Source: Vulcanimicrobiaceae bacterium (GTDB lineage: Bacteria > Vulcanimicrobiota > Vulcanimicrobiia > Vulcanimicrobiales > Vulcanimicrobiaceae). From it: 64,000 bases of DNA. Both the position numbers and the translations under genes were made by a program. This document shows positions 9,901 to 18,038 of this stretch, piece by piece (within the stretch, counting starts at the first letter, position 1; each line of letters opens with the position of its first letter). The notes beneath the pieces were generated by a model. The model made no database searches, was not told where the DNA came from, and saw only the letters and a list, made by a program, of their open reading frames with translations. Where the stretch lies: positions 2,454 to 66,453 of the forward strand of contig DATBTT010000048.1 in assembly GCA_036559125.1 (NCBI GenBank), read 5' to 3'.

Positions 9901-10362
9901 GCGCGGCTGGCGCGCAAATTCGGCCTGGCCCCCGAAGAAATTACGTTCGCGTCGCGATGCGGTTTGATTCACGACATCGGCAAGATGACCACTCCCGCGG
10001 AAATACTCACGGCGCCGCGCGCGCTCGACGAGCGCGAGTGGAAGATCATGCGCAATCACGCGGCGACGGGCGAGCGAATCGTGCGAACCGTCCCCCTGCT
10101 CGCGCATTTGGCTCCGGCCGTGCGCAGTCATCACGAGCGTCTCGACGGCAGGGGCTATCCCGACCAGATCGTCGGAAGCGGCATTCCTTTTGTAGCCCGG
10201 CTCGTTTCCGTCGCGGATTGCTTCAATGCGATGATCGGCCGGCGGCCATACCGTAGGCCAATGTCCCCATACGTCGCTCTGGACGAGCTCGAACGGCATC
10301 GAAACGACCAGTTCGATCCCGAACTGGTGCAGGCCATGATCGAGGTGGTGGCCGGCAAATAG
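6997..10362 (+). CDS. MalT-like STAND NTPase with helical repeat region fused to a C-terminal HD-GYP phosphodiesterase domain
   Basis: N-terminus: ARPRLVQSIRDAMLFRVALLRAPVGYGKTIALDE (P-loop), IVIDQLHF (Walker B-like), ANEGWPTGVMFAL (MalT-type GWP motif). C-terminus: HSRAVASWSARLA...GLIHDIGKM...HHERLDGRGYPD (HD-GYP). Confidence 0.75.
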   Translation: MDALGEWNLRARGSADASLIARPRLVQSIRDAMLFRVALLRAPVGYGKTIALDETFRGWTQPLVRFDCSGHTDSLCAFVRDLSEALSTLSPSARLSFAGAYERAIESTTCEQNLSAWLVEHLRGLGATIVIDQLHFAANVPGVAAFLARVVEMTGDEVRWVFASRTDFDLPVPRWLADRLMDLPVDAAAMQFDMAEAARAARNVGAKLSQETLRDVLDANEGWPTGVMFALRWRAANPGVTQDAIGGASAYDALAKSVLAQRSQRESAFLQATCLLPSMDAAVCAAAGWDGAGELIAGMEADAGFIFVSSGSSWRYHDRFAECLVARLREQGADSFAAAARATIAALEKVGEPREALRIATKYCVPDQIERLLDRHGLQMIARGDAHIVKAALETTDVDEAECSGITLALKALFESRSGRFDTSEAWFQLAMARVEEPVLRAEVAYLYGCDLQQRRRRDSVEILAPYAALDGLPVQLRVSLLSTLAQGHLLCGNYELANACVSEALAAGKKVRDKGALAKLHVRAAYVALYSGNRVRSKTLALRAARHGESGGDYHVACGSYSILYALAADADEPARCLEFLARIRENGAKCGDPRWQLYALMGAYELEVERCEIDAVALLRAGLKAFDVHYATLDSMEALLPSQALELTWKGNFTDAHRLLAPSARQQVEPDRQGLRWAEVALYAAAAGRKNDASAAVRSVRAALKTAAPSVRARRAEILACLAVRLLGRTRTAARLLDAIAAQPPLSPRLSALTVAVRELCRRLDGESNRRELTDAMSALVALEAGGLSRMLLAIPGACVAQTARYRSGIAKTLDSDRADCAAHLLERSVAPEERSIGVHLATDAFVERLVEFLDDRRTSEFAAWLDGFLDRYADLGPVREIVSHGPAALGEFFAERVADRAGYGDALRALDPLVHAATLRPRRNDAGPEVEILDEIDAALNDLLFKLDRADPLTAEHSRAVASWSARLARKFGLAPEEITFASRCGLIHDIGKMTTPAEILTAPRALDEREWKIMRNHAATGERIVRTVPLLAHLAPAVRSHHERLDGRGYPDQIVGSGIPFVARLVSVADCFNAMIGRRPYRRPMSPYVALDELERHRNDQFDPELVQAMIEVVAGK

Positions 10363-10466
10363 GCCACAATCACTACGAACGTATGAAGTAAATGAGCTAT
10401 CGACTGCGCGAATAGCCACCAAGCGGGCGAATGGTACACGGAAGATCGACGAAAGGGAATTCGAAA

Positions 10467-11738
10467 ATGGCTGACCGCAGGTGGATGTTTCTCGCAACCC
10501 TGGCTCTTGCGCTTTCTGCGTGTTCGACGGGTGGGCGATCCGGTTTCGTTCCCTCAGCCGACTCGCAGGCCCGACACCCGGAGACCATGCACGCCGTGGC
10601 GATCACGAGCCCGACGCCCGCGCCGCTGCTCTCGCAGCTCTTGAGCCCGGTCGTAAGCGGGGCCACGAACCTCTTGCCGGTATGCGCGATTACGAACTTG
10701 GTCCAAGCGTCGTGCGGGGCCATTCGGCGCGTCGACGTTCTCGGTATCCTTGGTTCGCTGCTGGGTGGCGTTCAAGGATATCATCCCGCCGACTTGCAGA
10801 GCGCGTACCACTTGCCGTCATCGACGGCGGGATACGGGCAAACCCTCGGCATCGTCGTGGCCTACGACGATCCCAGGGCTGAATCCGATCTCGCGACCTA
10901 CCGGTCCAAATTCGGATTGCGTGCGTGCACCGCCGCAAACGGGTGCTTGCGCAAAATTGGTCAGGCGGGCGCCCTCCCGAGAGCAGACGAGAGTTGGGCG
11001 CAAGAAACGTCAATCGATCTCGATGTCGCGTCGGCTATTTGTCCGAACTGTCGCCTCTTGCTGGTCGAGGCGGATAGCACCGATATCGACGATCTCGCGG
11101 CTTCGGTGCAAACGGCGGTTTCCAATGGCGCGACGGTGGTCAGCAACAGTTACGCCGCGCCCGAACAACCCGAGGCCGCGCAAAACGACGCGCGATGGAA
11201 TCACCCGGGCGTGCCCATCGTGGCGGGCGCCGGGGACAGTGGATACGGCGTCGGCTGGCCGGCCGCGTCGACGTACGTTACTGCAGTCGGAGGCACGTCG
11301 CTTCGGCGCGGTCTCTTCGGCGGGTTCACGGAATCCGTGTGGGGTGCGACCGGCAGCGGCTGCAGCGCGTTCATCTCGAAACCGGACTGGCAGACCGACC
11401 GGGGCTGCGCCAACCGCACCGTCGCAGACGTCGCGGCCGTGGCTGACCCCAACACCGGCGTCGCAGTGTACGACTCGTATTTCAAATCGGGAAATGGTGG
11501 ATGGCTCGAGTATGGCGGCACGAGCGTTTCGACCGTGATCGTGGCGGGCGTCTATGCACTAGCCGGAAACGGCCGCTCCATCGACGACGCGCAGTATCTC
11601 TACGAGCACGCACGGTCGCTCACCGACGTGCGCTCCGGAAGTGACGGCAACTGCGGCGGGTCGTATCTGTGCACGGCGGTTCGCGGATATGACGGACCAT
11701 CGGGTCTGGGCTCGCCAAACGGCGTCGGCGCCTTCTAA
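10467..11738 (+). CDS. secreted lipoprotein, sedolisin (S53)/subtilase-like serine peptidase
   Basis: The track ORF starts at 10431. The likely start is MADRRWMFLATLALALSAC (lipobox). YHPADLQSAYHLP, AGAGDSGYG and GGTSVSTVIVAG resemble S53 catalytic regions. Confidence 0.6.
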   Translation: MADRRWMFLATLALALSACSTGGRSGFVPSADSQARHPETMHAVAITSPTPAPLLSQLLSPVVSGATNLLPVCAITNLVQASCGAIRRVDVLGILGSLLGGVQGYHPADLQSAYHLPSSTAGYGQTLGIVVAYDDPRAESDLATYRSKFGLRACTAANGCLRKIGQAGALPRADESWAQETSIDLDVASAICPNCRLLLVEADSTDIDDLAASVQTAVSNGATVVSNSYAAPEQPEAAQNDARWNHPGVPIVAGAGDSGYGVGWPAASTYVTAVGGTSLRRGLFGGFTESVWGATGSGCSAFISKPDWQTDRGCANRTVADVAAVADPNTGVAVYDSYFKSGNGGWLEYGGTSVSTVIVAGVYALAGNGRSIDDAQYLYEHARSLTDVRSGSDGNCGGSYLCTAVRGYDGPSGLGSPNGVGAF

Positions 11739-11968
11739 AGCGCCATCGGGGCAAGCTAACCTAGCGCCCACCTCGAATGCACGACGCATGGATGCTGCAT
11801 TCGAGAGGCGCTCCGCGCAACGCCGTCAGTCGATGGATGCGCGGATCGCTCGCTCGAAGGAAGAAGCGGAGGTTCTCGCGCGCGAACGCGAAAATGCGTT
11901 GCCTCCGTTCGAGCGCGCGGAAGCCATTTGGGGTCTGCTGCGCGACCTCGCGACGATTCGAGGAAGCG

Positions 11969-12418
11969 ATGGATCTGAATTCCGACTTGATCGATCTGTT
12001 GCGCGCGTTGAACGACGAACGCGCTGAGTATCTCATCGTCGGCGGATACGCTTTCGCGGTTCATGGAAAGATACGCGCGACCAAGGACGTCGACATTTTC
12101 GTCGGTTGCGATGCGGCCAACGCCGGCAGAGTCTGGCGGGCGCTCAATGCGTTCGGCGCCCCGCTCGCGGAACTGCGCATCGAAGACTTGACCCAGCCCG
12201 ACACGTTTTTCGTTATGGGTCGCGCCCCGAACCAAATCGATATCATCACGACGATCGACGGCGTCACGTTCGATCGAGCGTGGTCGAACCGGCTCAGCTC
12301 GACCTACGGCGGCGTGCCGGTCCACTATATCGGCCGGGACGATTTCATCGCCAATAAGGAAGCCGCCGGGCGGCCGCAAGACCGCCTGGATGTTGAGTAT
12401 TTGCGCGGGAGCGGATAA
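11969..12418 (+). CDS. small nucleotidyltransferase-fold protein (DUF6036-like)
   Basis: Internal ATG at 11969, preceded by aggaag. MDLNSDLIDLLRALNDERAEYLIVGGYAFAVHGKIRATKDVDIFV has the G-x-x-A...D-x-D pattern of a minimal nucleotidyltransferase. The upstream part of the 213-aa track ORF is Arg-rich noise. Confidence 0.5.
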   Translation: MDLNSDLIDLLRALNDERAEYLIVGGYAFAVHGKIRATKDVDIFVGCDAANAGRVWRALNAFGAPLAELRIEDLTQPDTFFVMGRAPNQIDIITTIDGVTFDRAWSNRLSSTYGGVPVHYIGRDDFIANKEAAGRPQDRLDVEYLRGSG

Positions 12419-12464
12419 CCACCGACCCGCGCGATAGGTCACGGCGCCGGGCCGTAGACTGCTA

Positions 12465-14696
12465 TTGTGTACGTTGGACTTCATCGACAAAGAGAAGGCG
12501 ATTCGCGCATTTCAAGGCGGCGTTGCGTCGCGGCTGCTGCGTCATTTCATTGCGTGGCCGATCGTGGTCGCCGCTTGCGCGCTCGCCTACTTCGCGTATG
12601 TCGTCGCCGGCGTATCCGCATCGGCGCCGCAGCGCGGCCGGCTGTCCGGTCTCGACGTACGCGCTTCCACTTCGATCTACCGCGACGAGCGCGACTTTCC
12701 GCACATTCGGGCGCGAACCCGGCACGACGCGTTTTTTGCCGAAGGCTTCGTTCAGGGCTCGGACCGGCTCTTCCAGATGGATCTCTTCCGCCGGTACGTT
12801 TACGGCGAGCTCGCGCAGGTGTTCGGCCCGAATCAACTTGCCGGCGACGAAACGATGCGCACGCTCGACCCGCGCGCCGTAGTCGATCGCCAATGGGCGC
12901 ATCTCGCACCCGCCGATCGCGCGGTTCTGCAAGCCTTTAGCGACGGCGTCAACGCCGCGATGCGCGCCCAGCGGCTCCCCATCGAATTTCGCTTGCTGCT
13001 CTACGCGCCGCAGCCATGGACGCCGCGCGACTGCCTCGCGGTAACGCTAGCTATTTCCGCGACGTTGGGCGATTCGCCCGAAAACGTGCTAGCGCGGGAT
13101 GCCCTGTGGCGATCGGTCAGGCACGCGCAGTACGCGCAGGTGCTGCCGCTCTCGGATCCCGACTACGACGTAACCGCGCGTGGTGCCGAGAACCACGCGC
13201 CGGTCGCGCGAGCGCGCGTAGCGTGGGTGGCCGGGCGTCGCATCGCACCTCCAGCTTTGGGCAGCAACGCGTGGGCGGCAGGCGCGACTCGCACCGTTAA
13301 CGGGCACGCACTCATCGCAAACGACCCACACTTGCTCTTGAGTATTCCTGGAATTTGGTACGTGGTTGAAATGCGCGCGCCCGGGCTGCACGTGGCGGGC
13401 GTGACCGTGCCCGGCGTTCCCGGCGTGGTGTTGGGGCACAACGATCGCATTGCATGGGCGACGACGAATGCGATCGTCTCTACGCTGAGCGTCTTCCAGC
13501 CCGGCCGCTTGCGCGCTCGAGACTGGAAGCGCGAAGTCTTTCACGTTCGGTTCGCGCACGACGTGGTCAAAGAGTACTATCGCTCCGCTCGCGAATTCGG
13601 CGTGCCCGCCGGAACGATGCAAGGCATAGCGCTCGTGCGCTGGACGCCGTATGTAGACTCGCGCTCGGCGTTGAGTACCGTTTTGGCGCTCGATCGGGCG
13701 GCAAGCATACGCGACGCCTTGAACGCGCTCGCCCGCTACGCGGGACCGCCGCAGAATTTCGTGATTGCCGGTTCCAACGGACGCATCGCGTACCATCTTG
13801 CCGGGCCGATTCCAAACGATCCGGCTTGGGGACGGTACGTGCATCCTGCATCGGATCTCGCAAAGCGCTTCGCCGCTATTCCGTTTGACGCGCTTCCGTC
13901 GGTCGCGCCGTCGCGCGGCGCGGTCGTCGTGAGCGCGAACAACAAGATGTATGCGCGCGGCTATCCATATCGTCTCAGCGCGATGTTCGCCCCGCCCTAT
14001 CGAGCATACCGGATCGCAAGTCTGCTCCACGCGCGAACCCGGTACGACGCCGCGTACTTTGCGCGCATGCAACTCGACTCGTTCTCACCCGCCGACGCCG
14101 AATTCGCACACCGTCTTGCGAGCTACGGGCGCGCACACCCGGGATTCTTACCACGCTCCGTGGTCGCAGGACTAGCGCGCTGGAACGGCGCGTACTCGGC
14201 GGAGTCCCGCACCGCCACGCTGGAACACCGTTTGCGCGCCACCGCCGAATCGAGCGCGATTTCGCCGTATGCGGCATTCGACGCATTGCGCAGCCGCGAG
14301 CCGCCGCGACAATTGATCGACGCGTTGGACGGCGCGTCGATCGACGCGCCGAGCGATTCACAACCGTGGGGTAGCGCCGGTGCCGTACGGCTCCTCCATC
14401 CGTTCGGGCCGTTGGGTTTCGCGTTCCTCGACGCCGGCCCGTTTCCGGGGGACGGCGACGAATACACGGTACACATGCAAACTGCCGAGCTCTCTCAAAG
14501 TTTTCGCGCAGTTTGGGAAACGCAAAACTGGGATGCCGGCGGCATGAGCATTCCCGCCGGAGAATCGGGTGAGGTCGGCTCGCGACACTACGACGACCTT
14601 CGCGCCGCGTGGATCCGCGGGGATCTGCAGCCGCTGCCGTTTTCCGACACCGCCGTCGCGCGCGCAACGCGAAACCGCCTGCTACTGACTCCCTGA
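12465..14696 (+). CDS. penicillin acylase-family Ntn hydrolase (peptidase S45)
   Basis: 743 aa. N-terminal TM/signal segment, IYRDERDFPHIRA, FFAEGFVQGSDRLFQMDL, and the autoprocessing site GSNAWAAG followed by ANDPHL. Confidence 0.85.
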   Translation: MCTLDFIDKEKAIRAFQGGVASRLLRHFIAWPIVVAACALAYFAYVVAGVSASAPQRGRLSGLDVRASTSIYRDERDFPHIRARTRHDAFFAEGFVQGSDRLFQMDLFRRYVYGELAQVFGPNQLAGDETMRTLDPRAVVDRQWAHLAPADRAVLQAFSDGVNAAMRAQRLPIEFRLLLYAPQPWTPRDCLAVTLAISATLGDSPENVLARDALWRSVRHAQYAQVLPLSDPDYDVTARGAENHAPVARARVAWVAGRRIAPPALGSNAWAAGATRTVNGHALIANDPHLLLSIPGIWYVVEMRAPGLHVAGVTVPGVPGVVLGHNDRIAWATTNAIVSTLSVFQPGRLRARDWKREVFHVRFAHDVVKEYYRSAREFGVPAGTMQGIALVRWTPYVDSRSALSTVLALDRAASIRDALNALARYAGPPQNFVIAGSNGRIAYHLAGPIPNDPAWGRYVHPASDLAKRFAAIPFDALPSVAPSRGAVVVSANNKMYARGYPYRLSAMFAPPYRAYRIASLLHARTRYDAAYFARMQLDSFSPADAEFAHRLASYGRAHPGFLPRSVVAGLARWNGAYSAESRTATLEHRLRATAESSAISPYAAFDALRSREPPRQLIDALDGASIDAPSDSQPWGSAGAVRLLHPFGPLGFAFLDAGPFPGDGDEYTVHMQTAELSQSFRAVWETQNWDAGGMSIPAGESGEVGSRHYDDLRAAWIRGDLQPLPFSDTAVARATRNRLLLTP

Positions 14697-14718
14697 GGGG
14701 CTGAAAACGGTTCAGCCG

Positions 14719-15666
14719 CTAGCGCAAAATTAGACGCCAACGCTTCGTTTCACCGGCAGCAGCAACCAGCGGTTTCAGCTTAGCGCACGCCTTTTGCAGG
14801 CGTTCATAATATGCCGGGACCACGGAGGCGCGCTCGATTAGGCGAGCCAGCGCGGCCGTGTCGCCGGCCGGATAAAGTCCGGGATAGGTGCGGCCGAGGA
14901 TGCCGGTATTTCCGGGAATGCGCGAGGCGAGGATCGGGACGCCGCACGCAATCGCCTCGCACAGAACGTTCGCACCGCCTTCCAAACGCGACGAGTGCAC
15001 GAGCAAGTCGCTGCGCAGAAGCAAACGGCGGGCGCCCGCGCGGCTCAACTCGCCGAGAAAACGATACCGCGGGTTTCGACGCGTTTCGCGCTCCACGGCG
15101 CCGCCGTACTGCGGCGCTAAAATACCGCCTGCTTGGCGAAGTCGGATCGGAAGCGCGCCGTCGAGCGTCCGTAACGCGTACGCCGCTCGCATCGGATCTT
15201 TCTCCCAGCGCAGATGCCCGAGAACGCAGATATCGAACGTTGCCCTCGCCCCGCGACGCGCCGGGCGCCCAGCCGGCGCGGATTGAACGATCGCCGTCGT
15301 TTTCGCGCGTAACGCAGGAGGCAACTCGCGCGCGCCCTCGGGCTGCAGCGTTACCAGCGCGTCCGCGGCGTTCATCGCGCGCACTGCGAGCGCGCTCGTA
15401 TGCATGTCGCGATACAGATCGGTTCCGGTGAGAACGAGAACGATCTGGCGGTCCGGATAGCGTTTGCGAAAGGCGAGTACGCTGCGGGCGCTCTTACGCG
15501 CGTGCAACGCTACCAGGCATTGGGCGGGTTCACCCGTATATGCCTCGAGGATTCGCGTCCGCCAACCCAAAGAGCGGAAGATGCCCAGGTAGCGATCTGC
15601 CGTCACGGAGTTGCCGAGCGTCGATCCGCGCGGCGCGGGGGAAACGATGATCATAGAAGCCGGCAT
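14719..15666 (-). CDS. senB: SenB-like glycosyltransferase (putative selenosugar synthase)
   Basis: GT-B fold. The N-terminus IIVSPAPRGSTLGNSVTADR and C-terminus SSRLEGGANVLCEAIACGVPILASRIPGNTGILG resemble GT4. The call rests mainly on context: it is divergent from an EgtB-like gene and lies next to selD. Start is ambiguous: 15666 (MPASMIIV, GAGG 4 nt upstream) or 15654. The track start at 15768 is unlikely. Confidence 0.65.
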   Translation of the reverse strand: MPASMIIVSPAPRGSTLGNSVTADRYLGIFRSLGWRTRILEAYTGEPAQCLVALHARKSARSVLAFRKRYPDRQIVLVLTGTDLYRDMHTSALAVRAMNAADALVTLQPEGARELPPALRAKTTAIVQSAPAGRPARRGARATFDICVLGHLRWEKDPMRAAYALRTLDGALPIRLRQAGGILAPQYGGAVERETRRNPRYRFLGELSRAGARRLLLRSDLLVHSSRLEGGANVLCEAIACGVPILASRIPGNTGILGRTYPGLYPAGDTAALARLIERASVVPAYYERLQKACAKLKPLVAAAGETKRWRLILR

Positions 15667-16924
15667 GACACCTCTGGCTGAGTTAGCCGACGCGCGCCGG
15701 CGGACCCTTGCGTTGACCGAGGATCTGCACGACGAGCAGCTTCGCGTGCCGCTGCTCGAAACGATCAATCCCTTCGTGTGGGAACTGGGTCACATTGCGT
15801 ATTTCGCCGAGTTCTGGACGTTGCGGAATTTGTTTGGGCGCGATCCGATCGTCGCGAACGCCGATCTACTCTACGATTCTGCAACCGTCGAGCACGACGA
15901 CCGCTGGAACCTGCCGCTCCCGTCACGCGTGCAGACACTGGCTTTCATGCAGCGCCAGTTTGACGAGCTCTCGGCGAATGCAGGCGCCGCGATCGCAACC
16001 GATGCCGGCCGGTATTTTCTCCAACTCATCCTATTTCACGAAGACATGCACGGCGAAGCGCTCGTCTACACGCGACAAACGCTCGCATATCCGGCACCGG
16101 CTCTCACTGCAGACATCCCGCCCCCGGGCGGTGCGCTCCCCGGCGACGCACGGATTCGCGGCGGCCGCTACACAATTGGAGCAGACCCAGCGGACGGCTT
16201 CGCGTTTGACAACGAGAAATGGGCGCATGAAGTTGAACTCGGCGATTTCGCTATCGCGCGCGCGGCGGTAACCAACGCGCAATTCGCGGCGTTCGTCGAA
16301 GACGGCGGCTATGCGAATCGGCATTTCTGGGCGGACGACGGATGGGCGTGGCGCGAGAACGCGCGCGCGGAGCACCCGATATATTGGGAGGCCGCCAATG
16401 GCGGGCGCGGCACGGCTGCGTTCCGCCGGCGTCAATTCGACCGGCTCGCCGTCCTGCGAGATCATGAGCCCGTCAGCCACGTAAACTATTTCGAGGCGCA
16501 GGCGTATTGCGCGTGGGCGGGCCGGCGGCTGCCGACCGAAGCCGAATGGGAGGTTGCCGCGACCGGCTCTCAGCGGCGCCGTTATCCATGGGGCGACGAA
16601 CCTCCGCAGGCGGGGCACGCGAATTTGGATGGAGCGATCGGAACCACGTGCGACGTCGGCGCGTTCGAAACCGGAGAGAGCCCGACGGGCTGCCGGCAGA
16701 TGCTGGGTAACGTGTGGGAATGGACGCAAACTACGTTCGAACCCTATCCCGGTTTCACGATAGATCCGTACGCAGAGTACTCGGCTCCGTGGTTCGGTTC
16801 GCACAAAGTTTTGCGCGGAGGCGCATGGTCCACTCGACGTCGACTGATCACGACCCGTTGGCGAAACTTCTACCGGCCGCATCGGCGCGACATCATAACG
16901 GGCTTTCGCACGGTAAAGATATAA
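15647..16924 (+). CDS. senA: SenA/EgtB-family synthase (DinB-like domain plus FGE-sulfatase domain), putative selenoneine synthase
   Basis: DinB-like N-terminus (INPFVWELGHIAYFAEFW). C-terminal FGE-sulfatase-type motifs (PVSHVNYFEAQAYCAWAGRRLPTEAEWE, GNVWEWT, RGGAWST). Start is 15647 (GGGGGA RBS) or 15665. The track start is 15611. Confidence 0.7.
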   Translation: MIIEAGMTPLAELADARRRTLALTEDLHDEQLRVPLLETINPFVWELGHIAYFAEFWTLRNLFGRDPIVANADLLYDSATVEHDDRWNLPLPSRVQTLAFMQRQFDELSANAGAAIATDAGRYFLQLILFHEDMHGEALVYTRQTLAYPAPALTADIPPPGGALPGDARIRGGRYTIGADPADGFAFDNEKWAHEVELGDFAIARAAVTNAQFAAFVEDGGYANRHFWADDGWAWRENARAEHPIYWEAANGGRGTAAFRRRQFDRLAVLRDHEPVSHVNYFEAQAYCAWAGRRLPTEAEWEVAATGSQRRRYPWGDEPPQAGHANLDGAIGTTCDVGAFETGESPTGCRQMLGNVWEWTQTTFEPYPGFTIDPYAEYSAPWFGSHKVLRGGAWSTRRRLITTRWRNFYRPHRRDIITGFRTVKI

Positions 16925-16933
16925 GGAGACTGC

Positions 16934-18031
16934 GTGTCCATTTCGGAGAATGCGTTACTCGATCGCGAAGCGACGCTCAAACGGTTAATAGGCGGAACGC
17001 TCGTTTTTCTGGCGATCGCCGTGGTCGGATTATTTATCGTAAAATGGTGGCCTTATTGGCATAAGGCATTCGTTGCCGCGGCAACGCGTACGATCGGCGC
17101 GTCAATCGTTAGCGGGAAGTCGGTACAGCCGCAAGCCGTCGGAATAGCTGCCGCGTGGAGCTACACGCTCGCGTATTTCAAATCCGTTTGGGAGGCCGTC
17201 GTGCTCGCGCTGGTTCTCGGCGCGTCCATCCAAGTGTTGGTGCCCCGCAAATGGTTGCTCGGCCTGATCGGCGGAAACGGGTATCGTTCGACGGCAATAG
17301 CCGGAGCCGCATCCATGGCCGGAATGATGTGTACGTGCTGCACGGCACCGATCGTCGTCGGAATGCGGCGGCAACGCGTGGGAATCGGCGGCGCGATGGC
17401 CTTTTTTCTCGGAAATCCGGTTCTCAACCCAGCGACGGTCGTCTTCATTGGGCTCGTCCTTGGCTGGCCGTTTGCGATAGTCCGCATCGTATTCGGCCTC
17501 GCGCTCGTATTCGTCGTCGCGTGGCTGGCCAGCCGCGTCGTTTCGCGCGACGCGGCGGCAAACGATCCGAAATACGTCGTGCCGCTGGCGGCGATCGACG
17601 ATCCGAAACGCACCGCTGCCGGCATCGCTGCCTCGTGGTTGAAGGAACTGTGGGTCGAGATCTACACGTTGCTGCCCGGCTATATCGCAATTGTCTTCGT
17701 GCTGGGCGGCCTACGCGCGTGGCTATTTCCGCCGGGGCTGACGATCCACGCATCCGGACTCGGCGCGATCGCGCTGCTGTCGGCGATCGGCACGCTTTTC
17801 GTTATTCCGACCGCCGGCGAAATCCCGATAACGCAAACACTCTTGCACGCGGGCATGGGCGTCGGTCCGGCGACCGCGTTGCTGATGACGTTACCGGCGA
17901 TTAGCGCGCCCTCCTTGTTTATCGTACGCAAGGTCTTTCCGCCGCGCGCGCTAATCGTAGCGGTCGGCGGCATTTTTATCGTCGGCATTCTCGCCGGAGT
18001 CGGGGCGATGTTGATGATGCACGCTGCGTAG
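16934..18031 (+). CDS. polytopic permease with Cys cluster (COG0701/ArsP-like predicted permease)
   Basis: 365 aa, about 8-10 hydrophobic helices, motif GMMCTCCTAPIVVGM. GTG start preceded by AAGGAGA, 9 nt after the senA stop. Confidence 0.7.
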   Translation: MSISENALLDREATLKRLIGGTLVFLAIAVVGLFIVKWWPYWHKAFVAAATRTIGASIVSGKSVQPQAVGIAAAWSYTLAYFKSVWEAVVLALVLGASIQVLVPRKWLLGLIGGNGYRSTAIAGAASMAGMMCTCCTAPIVVGMRRQRVGIGGAMAFFLGNPVLNPATVVFIGLVLGWPFAIVRIVFGLALVFVVAWLASRVVSRDAAANDPKYVVPLAAIDDPKRTAAGIAASWLKELWVEIYTLLPGYIAIVFVLGGLRAWLFPPGLTIHASGLGAIALLSAIGTLFVIPTAGEIPITQTLLHAGMGVGPATALLMTLPAISAPSLFIVRKVFPPRALIVAVGGIFIVGILAGVGAMLMMHAA

Positions 18032-18038
18032 GAGCAGG

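Noticed and set aside
11756-12490. 244-aa minus-strand ORF covering the nucleotidyltransferase locus
   Set aside because: No motifs. It is antisense to a frame with a clear NTase signature and RBS.
13089-14667. 327-aa and 230-aa minus-strand ORFs inside the penicillin acylase gene
   Set aside because: Arg-rich shadow ORFs. The plus frame has the GSNAWA autoprocessing motif.
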